NCBI GenBank assembly: GCA_964291625.2
Contig: OZ220089.1
Location: 672,001 to 736,000, forward strand
Length of the DNA: 64,000 nucleotides
Direction: 5' to 3'
DNA from: Candidatus Latescibacterota bacterium
Lineage (GTDB): Bacteria > Latescibacterota > UBA2968 > UBA8231
Shown: piece after piece, positions 36,601-46,400 of the stretch
Position numbering within the stretch: position 1 is the first letter of the stretch
How the letters are laid out: each line of letters begins with the position of its first letter
Made by a program: the position numbers and the translations under genes
The notes under the pieces: generated by a model
Told to the model about the DNA's origin: nothing
Seen by the model: the letters and a program-made list of their open reading frames with translations, nothing else
Databases searched by the model: none

Positions 36601-39048
36601 TCAGGCTGCTCCGGAACCTCCGGTGGCCATGCGGTAGCCGACGCCGCGCTCCGTCAGGATGCAGGTCGGCTGGCCGCCATCCTCGCCGAGCTTGCGGCGG
36701 AGGCCCATCACGAAGGTGCGCACCAGCGCCGGGTTCACAGAGTCCTTCTCTGCCCACACCTGGCGGATCAGCGAGTCGTACGTGACGACCCGTCCGGCGT
36801 GGACCGAGAGCAGGCGCAGCAGTTCGTACTCGGTGGCCGTCAACGTCACGGGATGGCCGCCCACGGTCACCCGGCGGTGCTTGTAGTCGATGGCCAGCTC
36901 CCCGAGCACGAAGGATTCCGGTTCCTGTCGGCGAAGGGCCGCCCGGATCCGGGCGGTCAGCTCCGTCGGCGTGAAAGGCTTGACGATGTAGTCGTCGGCC
37001 CCGGTCTCCAGCGCCCGGGCGATGGTTTCGTCCCTGCCGTAGGCGGAGATGAAGATCACCGGCCGGTCCGCCAGTTCGGGGACGCTTTCCATCAGTTCGA
37101 TGCCGTCGGTCTCGGGCAGCAGCAAGTCCAGCAGGACCAGCTGGGGTTTCTCGGCGCGCAGGATGCGCGACAGGTCCCGAGCATCCCCGGTCACGATCGG
37201 GTCGTAGCCCGCGTCCTCGAGAGCCTCCCGCATGAAGCGCAGGGCCAGCGGGTCGGCGTCCACCACCAGGATGCGTGTCCGCTCGCGTCCGGGGTGCGCC
37301 CGGGGCCGGGCGTCTTCGGCCGCGGCACCGTCGCCGGCCTCTCCGGCCACCGGAACGGAAAAGGTGAATTGGGCGCCCTGGCCCACCCCGCCGCTGGCGG
37401 CCCATATGCGGCCGCCGTGGGACTCCACCAGTCCCCTGCAGATGGCCAGGCCCAGCCCGGTGCCCCGCAGCCCGCGCTCCCCCGCGCTGTCGAGGCCGGT
37501 GTACTTCTGGAACAGGCGCGGCAATTCCTCGGCCGACAGGCCCCGGCCCTCGTCGGAGACCGAGATCGCCACGTACACGTCATCGAGCTGCGCGGCGATC
37601 CGAATGGGCGCCGACTCGGGCGAGTGCCGGGCGGCGTTGGCCAGCAGGTTGTTCAGGATTTGTACGATGCGCGCCCGGTCGGCCATCACCCGGGGCAGGT
37701 CCGGCGGCAGGTCGATCAGGACGGTGTGCCGGCTGCCCCCGCTCAGGAACGTGGTTCGGGCCTGATCCACCAGGACCGCCACCTCGGAGGATTCCGGGGT
37801 CACCGACAGGGTGCCGGCCTCGATGCGCCCGGCGTCCAGCAGGTCGCGGATCAGGCTCCGCATGTGGTCGGCCTGCTCGTCGATGAGCCGGAAGAACTGC
37901 AGCATCTCGGCCGACGGCGGCACCGGCGAGGCCCCCAGCACGGTGGCGGTGGAGCCCTTGATCGAGGTCAGCGGGGCCCCTAGCTCGTGGCTCACCAGGC
38001 CCAGGAACTCGGACCGCAGGCGCTCCAGCTCCTCCAGCGGGCTCAGGTCCTGCAGGGTGACGACCACCGACTCGACCTCGCCGCCCTCGGAGCGGATCGG
38101 GGTGCCGTTGATCAACGTCCGCACCCGCCGCCCGTCGGGCACCTCGAGGACGATCTCCTCGGCGCGCACCGTCTCGCCGGTGCTCAGGGCCTGCGCCATG
38201 GACAGGTTTTCCAGAGAGACCTCCTGGCCGTCCGCCCGCCGGAAGGTCAGGACCTCCAGCAGTTGCTCCAGCGAGCGGCCCGGCAGGCGCAGACCTTGGA
38301 CGATCCGCCCCGCCTCCCGGTTGAACGACACGGGCCGGCCGCTCCGGGCGTCGAAGACCACCACCCCCACCGGCGAGGTGTCGACCAGGGCCTCCAGGTC
38401 GGCCCGGGCCCGCTGCTCGTCCCGGTGTGCGCGGGCATTGGCGATGGCCAAGGCCGCCTGCGAGGCGAACAGCTTCAGGATCTCTTCGTCCTCGGGGGTG
38501 AACTCGCCTCCCCCTTCCTTGTCGCCGAGGAAGAAGCTGCCCACGTCCACCTCCCGATGCCGCATCGGCGTGCCCTGGAAAGTCTTCGGCAGCTGCGGCA
38601 TCGAGGAAAAGCCGAGGGACCGGACGTAGCCGTTCAGGTCGGGTAGTCTCAGGGATCCCGACAGGCTCCGGAGGTGCTCGAACAGACGCGGGCCGTCGGG
38701 CCACTCGACCAACTGCCGGTGCTCCTCGGGGCCTATTCCCGAACTGACGAAGTCCTGGACATGCCCCGCCTCGTCCACGGTGGTGATGACGCCGCGCCGG
38801 GCGCCGGTCAGGGCGCGGGCGCCGTCCAGGACCTCGCGCAGGACCGCATCGGGCTCGAGACTGGCGTTGAGGCGCAGGATCGCCGCGCTCAGCCGGACCA
38901 CGAGGTCGCGCTGAGCCTCGATCTCCGGCCTCCGCTGCGGATCTGTCTTCAAGGGTCGACCCTTCCTTCGAACCCGCCAGGCGGAAACCCGGTCGAATGC
39001 TCCGGGTCGTCGCCAGCGGCTGGAGCCGGTTGGGACAAGCCGCGGCAC
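36601..39048 (-). CDS. Cytoplasmic hybrid sensor kinase: GAF-PAS-HisKA-HATPase-REC-OmpR wHTH
   Basis: FTPEDEE.L (GAF), SHELGAPLT, NLLANA, DEGRG, GLGLAI, LLDLLLP, KPF, LTATEY and RGVGY. The true start may be near 38952. Confidence 0.9.
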   Translation of the reverse strand: MPRLVPTGSSRWRRPGAFDRVSAWRVRRKGRPLKTDPQRRPEIEAQRDLVVRLSAAILRLNASLEPDAVLREVLDGARALTGARRGVITTVDEAGHVQDFVSSGIGPEEHRQLVEWPDGPRLFEHLRSLSGSLRLPDLNGYVRSLGFSSMPQLPKTFQGTPMRHREVDVGSFFLGDKEGGGEFTPEDEEILKLFASQAALAIANARAHRDEQRARADLEALVDTSPVGVVVFDARSGRPVSFNREAGRIVQGLRLPGRSLEQLLEVLTFRRADGQEVSLENLSMAQALSTGETVRAEEIVLEVPDGRRVRTLINGTPIRSEGGEVESVVVTLQDLSPLEELERLRSEFLGLVSHELGAPLTSIKGSTATVLGASPVPPSAEMLQFFRLIDEQADHMRSLIRDLLDAGRIEAGTLSVTPESSEVAVLVDQARTTFLSGGSRHTVLIDLPPDLPRVMADRARIVQILNNLLANAARHSPESAPIRIAAQLDDVYVAISVSDEGRGLSAEELPRLFQKYTGLDSAGERGLRGTGLGLAICRGLVESHGGRIWAASGGVGQGAQFTFSVPVAGEAGDGAAAEDARPRAHPGRERTRILVVDADPLALRFMREALEDAGYDPIVTGDARDLSRILRAEKPQLVLLDLLLPETDGIELMESVPELADRPVIFISAYGRDETIARALETGADDYIVKPFTPTELTARIRAALRRQEPESFVLGELAIDYKHRRVTVGGHPVTLTATEYELLRLLSVHAGRVVTYDSLIRQVWAEKDSVNPALVRTFVMGLRRKLGEDGGQPTCILTERGVGYRMATGGSGAA

Positions 39049-39096
39049 GGCCGTCCCCCCGGTTCAAACGAAAATACCAGATATATTACCGTGAAC

Positions 39097-39140
39097 CTTA
39101 CACAAAACACACGCTAAACTCACACAAATTTCATAGAGAA
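39097..39140. promoter_or_regulatory. Four 11-bp-period boxes (OmpR/PhoB-like operator)
   Basis: CTTACACAAAA CACACGCTAAA CTCACACAAAT TTCATAGAGAA, in an AT-rich patch. Confidence 0.5.
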
Positions 39141-39628
39141 TTCCCTATCTTTGGTTCCACCGAACTGAACTACGGCGTCGCGGCCTCCACATGGTGAGCA
39201 CCCGGGGGGTAAGAGTTGCGGCGCTCGGGGGCGGCCTCCTCCAAGGGCAGCCGCTCTCACTCACCTCAAGCGGGAGGATCGCCGGGACTCCGGCCTCGAT
39301 CACCAGGAATGGTTGTGCATTGGAGGGCCTCTTGTCCAACGGATCAACGGCGAAGAGACCATGGACGGCCGTGTGGTGCTGGTGGCCCTTGGGATGAGCC
39401 CGACAGGTCTGTCGTCCGGGGAGCCGCTCCCCGCGACCGAGCTGGCCGAACGGACCGAGCTGGAGGACGAGGTGAGCATCGCCGACTTGCCCGAACCGGA
39501 GTTCGCCACCGGACTGACTCGGCTGCAACTCGGGGCGCATGCGTACCCCAGAGAGAACGGGACACGGACTTGTCGCCGCGGTCGGGCCTGACCGGCCGGG
39601 CCGACCTCAACGCAGGAGAGCACATCCT

Positions 39629-40468
39629 ATGCGCACTCACATCCACCACCTGACCGCGGCCCTTGCGGCCGCCCTGATCGCCTGGAGCGGCCCGGCCCCC
39701 TTGCCGGCCACCGAGTACGAGGTCAGCGACTACCTGCCCCTGGCGGTGGGCAACTCCTGGACCTTTCGGCACGAAGTGTATGATCTCTATTCGGCCCATG
39801 TAGGGGGAGAGCGCCCCCTCGGCGTCTTTCATGGCGGTGCCTTTGACGTTCTGCCACCGACGAGGTACGTCACGATCACGGTGGAACGAACGGAGGTGAT
39901 TGGCGACACGACGTATTACGTGCTGTCGCATATGCCGGAGGGCGACTTTGCGCCGCCGCCGCCACACTGCCCGGTGGGGAAAACGCTGCGCTGGAAGGGT
40001 AGCGAGTTGATGGAGCGCACCGACACCGGCGAGCGGTCTTTCTTCCGCTTCGAGGGGCCCAAGACCTACACGATTCCGCTGACGCACGGAGACGACGAAG
40101 TGGAACGGGGCGGATCGGCGACGAGTGACACCTACCCCGTGCCCGGAATCAGCTTCGGGTTCTCCGGCAACAACGCCTTTGACTGGCTTGATGAGTTCGA
40201 ACCGGGGTGGACCGCGGTGCGAGGGGTCGGGTTCCTGGCCGGATACGGTCTCGACGTATGCACGGAGTATGCCCGGGGCTCGGATTACCATGTCTTCGAG
40301 AACGACTTCATCCCCCACGCCGCCACGTTGGTCGTGGAGAACGAGGGCGGTGCGAGCGGCCAAAGTGGTAGCACCCGCACAGTGAACTATGGGGACGCGA
40401 GAAGGGGCCGAGCGCGGTCGGGCGTGTCCTCCTCGACCTGGGGCCAAGTGAAGGGAGAAGCACGATGA
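39629..40468 (+). CDS. Secreted hypothetical protein with C-terminal TWGxxK motif
   Basis: RBS AGGAG, signal peptide, DYLPLAVGNSWTF, ending SSSTWGQVK. Confidence 0.75.
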   Translation: MRTHIHHLTAALAAALIAWSGPAPLPATEYEVSDYLPLAVGNSWTFRHEVYDLYSAHVGGERPLGVFHGGAFDVLPPTRYVTITVERTEVIGDTTYYVLSHMPEGDFAPPPPHCPVGKTLRWKGSELMERTDTGERSFFRFEGPKTYTIPLTHGDDEVERGGSATSDTYPVPGISFGFSGNNAFDWLDEFEPGWTAVRGVGFLAGYGLDVCTEYARGSDYHVFENDFIPHAATLVVENEGGASGQSGSTRTVNYGDARRGRARSGVSSSTWGQVKGEAR

Positions 40469-43400
40469 GAACCATTCGTCGCCTTTTCCCGGGGGCCCTG
40501 CTGCTGGTTGTTGTCGGGGCCGACGCCCTTGTGGCCCAGGCGGGCCGGGTGCGGAGCGCCTGGACCAGCCCGTGCACGTTGTCCGTGGTGCTGGTCACTT
40601 TCAAGGACACCACCGGCCAGGCATCCGGCGACACCTACGACTACGGCGCCCGCGACCTGCCACACGGCTACAGCGCAAACTCCACCACCGGCGCCCTGGA
40701 ACCGGGTACGTCCAGCTACACGATGGACGATTTCGAGCGAATGTTCAGCGGCGGGTATCGCTACTCCGTCAATGGGGAGCCGGCCACGTTGATCCCGGCG
40801 TTTACCGAGATCCAGATAGTGGCCGACAACAACGACGGCGTCAGGGAAACGCTTCCGGAGGTGTTCGGCAGCCTGCGGCACTACTTCCAAGTCATCTCCG
40901 GCGGCGACTTCGAGCTGCGGGTGCGCATCCTCAACTTAGAACGGAACGGGTACCCCGTCTGGGTACAGCTGCCGCAGACCAAAGGGTACTATGCAGACCG
41001 GTTCGACCAGATGAGGGAGGGCGATCTATACTGGAACGACGCCCATGCTGCGATGCGCGATTCGGTGCAGGCCTGGGGTCTGGACGCGACGGAGTACACC
41101 CCTCCCGACACCTTGGCCGGCTTGGCCCGCCGTTTGCGGCACAAGGTGCTGTATCTGTACTCCGGGGCTCAGTTCAACGACCCCGGCCACCCGAGTGTCA
41201 CCAGCCAGCTCCATCCGCAGGCGGACAGGGTCACCGCTCGAAGTCCTACCCAGGCCAGGGACGTCGGTTTCCGCTACGTGGCCGGTGAGCGGACAGGCTC
41301 CGGGGTCCATACGGACGCAGCGGACCGGTTCGGCGCCATCGGTATCCACGCGCACGAAGTCGGCCACTTGGTGGGGCTCAGGCATCCGGATGGCCCCTGG
41401 CAAGGGACCGAGGTGTACACGACCCGGACGGCCACATGCGCCAACGGGCTTACTTTTGGTCGAGGCGGAAGGATGGCCGGCTGGGGCACCATGCAAACCG
41501 GGTCCGACGGGCCGGTGGTCGAGGGGACCCAGCCGAACTCCAGTAGCTCCTACAAGTATGCTTATCCATCCTGCCCGAACCCGTACAACCCGATTTACCT
41601 GCGGCATCTGGACTGGCACAACTGGGAGACGATTGCTGCGACCCAGAAGAACAAGGTGATCCAACCAGGGCGGTACTACTTCATGCAAGGCGATGACGGT
41701 TCGGAGATCGCCGTGGAGTTCCGCACCGCCGAAGGGTTTGGGCGGTACACGGGCTGGTATCGCTTCGACCAGGCTCCGGGCCTGATGATCTGGAAGCGGA
41801 CAGGACTCCAGCGCCCCCGGCTGGTGCCGGCGGACAACCGCTCGGTGTTCGATGCCACCAAGAACTGCCCCCCCCAGCCGAACACCAACCACCCTCCGTG
41901 CAATCCTGCGACGGAGTTCACAGGGACGATCGTCGAAGGGCGGACGCCGCGGAGCTTTAGCAGAACCGCCGTGTATCCCTGGATCGACCGTATCTCCGAT
42001 CCCTTCGGCGCGCTGGAAGGCAACGGGATGCGGTCCACCTTCCTACCCTTGCCGACCCACACGAACGGCACCGGTTTGCCGGCCACGCCGAGGCTAGCCC
42101 GTGCCGATCTGCGCCCGACGGTCACCGCGGCCACGGACGACAGTCACCTCCGGCGGAACACCTTCGGTTGCCAGATTCGGACTCTCGACGCCCCTTCGCG
42201 TCTGGCGTTTCGCAACATCCGGGTAACCCGCGACGCGGCTAACTTGGCCACCGGGAGCGCCTTGGTCGACATCTACTTCGACCATTGGGTCGGCTCGATT
42301 CCCGGGATGGAGACTTGGGCCGGCCCGGACACGGTGTACGTGGGCGGCGACGTGACGATCGAGAGCGGCGCGAGCCTGACGATCGCCAACGGTACGCCGG
42401 TCCGCTTTCTGGCCCCGGTGGGCGCCGACGCCAACGGCCGCCCGGAGTTGATCGTGGCCTCCGGCGGCCGTCTGACCTTGGGCACGGGAGTGACCTTCGG
42501 GACGGTCGACCGGGCCGGGGCCCGCACCGAGATGTACGGGCTGCGGGTGGAGACCGGAGGCACGGCGACCCTGAACGGAGAGACGGTGTCTGAAGGGACT
42601 TACAGTTGGAGCGGCCAGACAGGTTCGGCGGCGCTGCGTCTGGCGACCTTCGGCTCGTCGAGCTACACGCTGATCGAAGGGGGCCAGGCGGTGGAGGCGG
42701 GCCCGATCGGACTGGCCGAGGATCCGAGCCAGGCGTATCGGCGCGCCCGGGTGACGGTGCAGCTGACGCCGGCGCCCAGCGCAGCGGTGAGGATTCCGGT
42801 GGCGGTGGCCTCCGGCTCGTCGGGCTACGAGGTCGATGATCTCGACGCGGCGGGCCTTCTGTTCCCCGCGAGCCGTACCTCGGCGTCGTTCGTGATCCGG
42901 GCGGTACGCGATGCGGACACGGCGGACGAGTCGATCGGGTTGAGCTTCGGGACGTTGCCGGCGGGGGTGGTGGCGGGGGTACCGTCGACGTCGACGGTGA
43001 CGATCTACGACACGCCGAACCAGCCGACGGGCCTGACGGCGACGCCCGGTCACGGCCAGATGACGCTGCGGTGGGCCGACCCGAGCCATTCCGGCATCGC
43101 CGGCTGGCAGTACTGGGCGCAGCCCGTGGGGACGACCCGGGACATCTGGACCCCGATCGAGCCCAGCGGGGCGTCGACGACCGAGGCCACGGTGCCGAAC
43201 CTGACCGACGGCAAGCAGTACAACTTCCGGGTGCGGGCCTACACGCGCGGGTATGGCGTGGCCTCCGAAATGGTGAAGGCGACGCCCACGGGCCTGCAGG
43301 CGACGGCCTACAACGGGGCGGTGGGGCTGGCCTGGGTGGATCCCGGCACCGAGGGCCTGGCGGGCTGGCGCACCCGGCATCAGCCGTTGCCGAGTGGGGA

Positions 43401-46400
43401 ATTCAGCGAGTACACGGTGCATGCCGACGGGGTGGGGACGCACGTGGTCCGGAGTCTGACCAACGACCAGGAGTACCGGTTCGAGGTGCAGGGGCTGAAC
43501 GCGGCGGGGGAGGTGCTGGATCCGTGTCCCTGGAGGATGACGCATCCGTGTACCTGGCAGGCGGTGGCGACGCCGCAGGCGAGCCTGCCGTGGCCGCCGA
43601 ACGTGGCGGGCGAGGTGAGCCTGTCGTCGGCGTCGCCGCAGGTGAACGCGGCGGTGACGGCGACGCTGAGCGACCTGGACGGCGGCGTGCGCGACACCAC
43701 GTGGCAGTGGCAACGGCGGCGGGCGGCCACGGAGCAGTGGACGGCCGTCGACGAGGCGACCTCGTCGAGCCATGCCCCGTCGACCGGGGACCTGGGCTAC
43801 ATGCTGCGGGCGACGGTGGCCTACACCGACCGGCACGGCCCCGGCCAGCGCGCCGAGAGCGAGGCCACGGCGGCGGTGGCGGTGGGTCCGCCGGGTGTGC
43901 CGCAGCGCTTCACTGCGGTGGCCGGCGACGGGCAGGTGTTGGTGACCTGGCAGGCGCCGGCGTCGACGGGCGGGTTGCCCCTGCTGGGCTATCACTACAA
44001 GGAGAGCGGCGGCGGGCGCACGACGGACTGGTTCGAGTTTGGGAAGACCTGGACCCGCTATCTGACGCACAAACGGAACGGGGTGGCCTACACCCTCGAG
44101 GTGCGGGCCTACAACCGGGAGGGAGCGGGGGCGTCGGTGGACACGACGGTCACGCCGGCGGGGGCGCCGTTGGCGCCGGGGGACTTCACGGCGGCGGCTG
44201 GCGACGGGCAGGTGGCGTTGAGTTGGACCGCGGCCGACTCGAACGGCGCACCGATCACCGCCTACGAGGTGCGGCATGCCCCGAAGAGCCATCCGGGGGC
44301 CGAGGTGGACTGGACGGAGGTGGACTGGACGGAGGTGCCGGGGGATTCGACGGCTCGGGACACGACGATCACCGGGCTGAGCAACGGCACGACGTACGTC
44401 TTCCAGGCGGCGGCCCGGAACCGCGTGGGCCTCGGCACGCCGGCCGAGCAGGAGGCGGCGCCGCAAGGCATGGTAGTGACGGCGCCGGACACGGTGTGGT
44501 TCGCCGAACACCGCACCGACTCGGTGGCCCCGCTGTCAACGGATCCGGAAGACGACGCCGTCACCTGGTCGCGCGCGGGGGCGGATGCGGCCCGGTTCGA
44601 GGTGCGGGGGGACACCCTCTACTTCGAGACGGCGCCCGACTTCGAGGAACCGGGCGACGCGGACGAGGACAACTTCTACGAGGTGACGCTCACGGCCACC
44701 GACGACGGCGAGCCGGCCGCCTCGGCCTCCCACGAAATGACGGTGGCGGTGACCAATGTCAACGAGCCGGGCACGATCACCCTGTCGCCCTCGACCCCGA
44801 GGACGTGCGAGCACGTGGAGGCCACCCTCACCGACGAGGACGCCGGGATCGTTACCGAGAGTTCCGCCTCGCCGCCGGGATTCCCCTACGGATGGCGCTG
44901 GGTTCCCCAGACCTCCGCGGCCAGCGGTTCGGCGGGAACCTCCACGACCCGCAGCTACCTGCCGGCCAGTACGCTGGTGGGGAAGACCCTGCGGGTGACG
45001 GTGCAGTACGGGGACGGAGCCTCGGCCCGGAATACGGCCACCCGGACCTCGGGGGCGGTGGCCGCCAACACCCCGCGAACGCCGACCGGGCTGAAATCGA
45101 CGCCCGGCGACGGACAGGTCTCCCTGACCTGGAAAGCGCCGGATGACTGCGGCTCGACGATCACGGGGTACCGGTATTGGTACCGGAAGACGTCGCAGAC
45201 GGCGTGGGCGGACAGCGGGACGGCGGCGGCCACGTCGTTGACGGTCCCGGGGCTCGACAACGACGCGGCCTACCGCTTCGAGATCCGGGCCGCCAACGGC
45301 CAGGGCCGGAGCCGGCCGGCGTCCATCGACGAGACCCCGGTGTCGACGCCGGTGGCGGCGCCCTGCGCTCTGTCGCTATCGGGGGAGAAGACGAGCCCCG
45401 TGACCTACGCGGAGAACGGCACCGGCTCGGTGGACACCTACACGGTCACGCGTTCGAGCGCCTGCGATGCGACGCTCCCGCTCACGTGGTCGCGGGCGGG
45501 GACCGACGCCAGCGACTTCCGTGCGCTGTCCGGTACCGGGTCGTCGCAGGCGCTGCACTTCAACAGTTCCCCGAACTTCGAGGTCAAGAGTTCCTACCGC
45601 CTGACCGTGCAGGTCACCGACGGGTCGGCGTCGGCGAGTCTCCCGGTGACGGTCAAGGTGACCGACGTCAACGAAGCCCCCTCGATCACCGGCCCCGGCC
45701 AGCCCACCATCGATGAAAACTCCCGGCCGGTAGACACGTACACGGCCTCCGATCCCGACGCCGGCGATGTCATCACCTGGCTCTCCTTGAGCGGGGTGGA
45801 AGCCTCGCTCTTCCAGCTGTCCGACCTGTCTCCTGCGCAGACCTTGAAGAGAGAGCTTTCCTTCCGTTCGGCTCCCGACTTCGAGCGCCGTGGCTCGACC
45901 TACGAGGTCAAGGTGAGAGTCCGGGACAAGGCGGGCCTGCCCGCCTCGCTCCGGGTCACCGTCTCCGTGCGCAACATCGACGAGCCGGGCTCCGTCACCT
46001 TCGACAAGTCCACCATCCGGGTCGGGGACTCGGTCACGGCCACCCTGACGGATCCCGACGGCGGGATGACGAATGACCGTTGGACCTGGACTGCTGTGGC
46101 CCCTGGAGCTTCCGGCCAGGACGAGCACGACCCGATCTCGGAATCCCGGACGGCCAAGGCCCCGGAGATCGGATACCGCCTGAAAGCCGTGGTCACCTAC
46201 GATGACCGCCAGGGAACGGGGAAGTCCGCCCAGGCCCTGACCAGTGTCATCCAGATTCCGGTGAACCGGGCGCCCGTCCTCACCGGGGCTTCCACGGTCA
46301 CCCGGGACGAGAACGGCCCTTCCCCCTGGACGGTCACCACCTACACAGCTTCTGACCCCGACAATCCCACAACTCTCTATTTCACCCATCGAGGCGACCA

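Noticed and set aside
39313-39591. Small ORF with PLPATE similar to the downstream secreted protein
   Set aside because: The similarity is too short to call a gene or a duplication scar.
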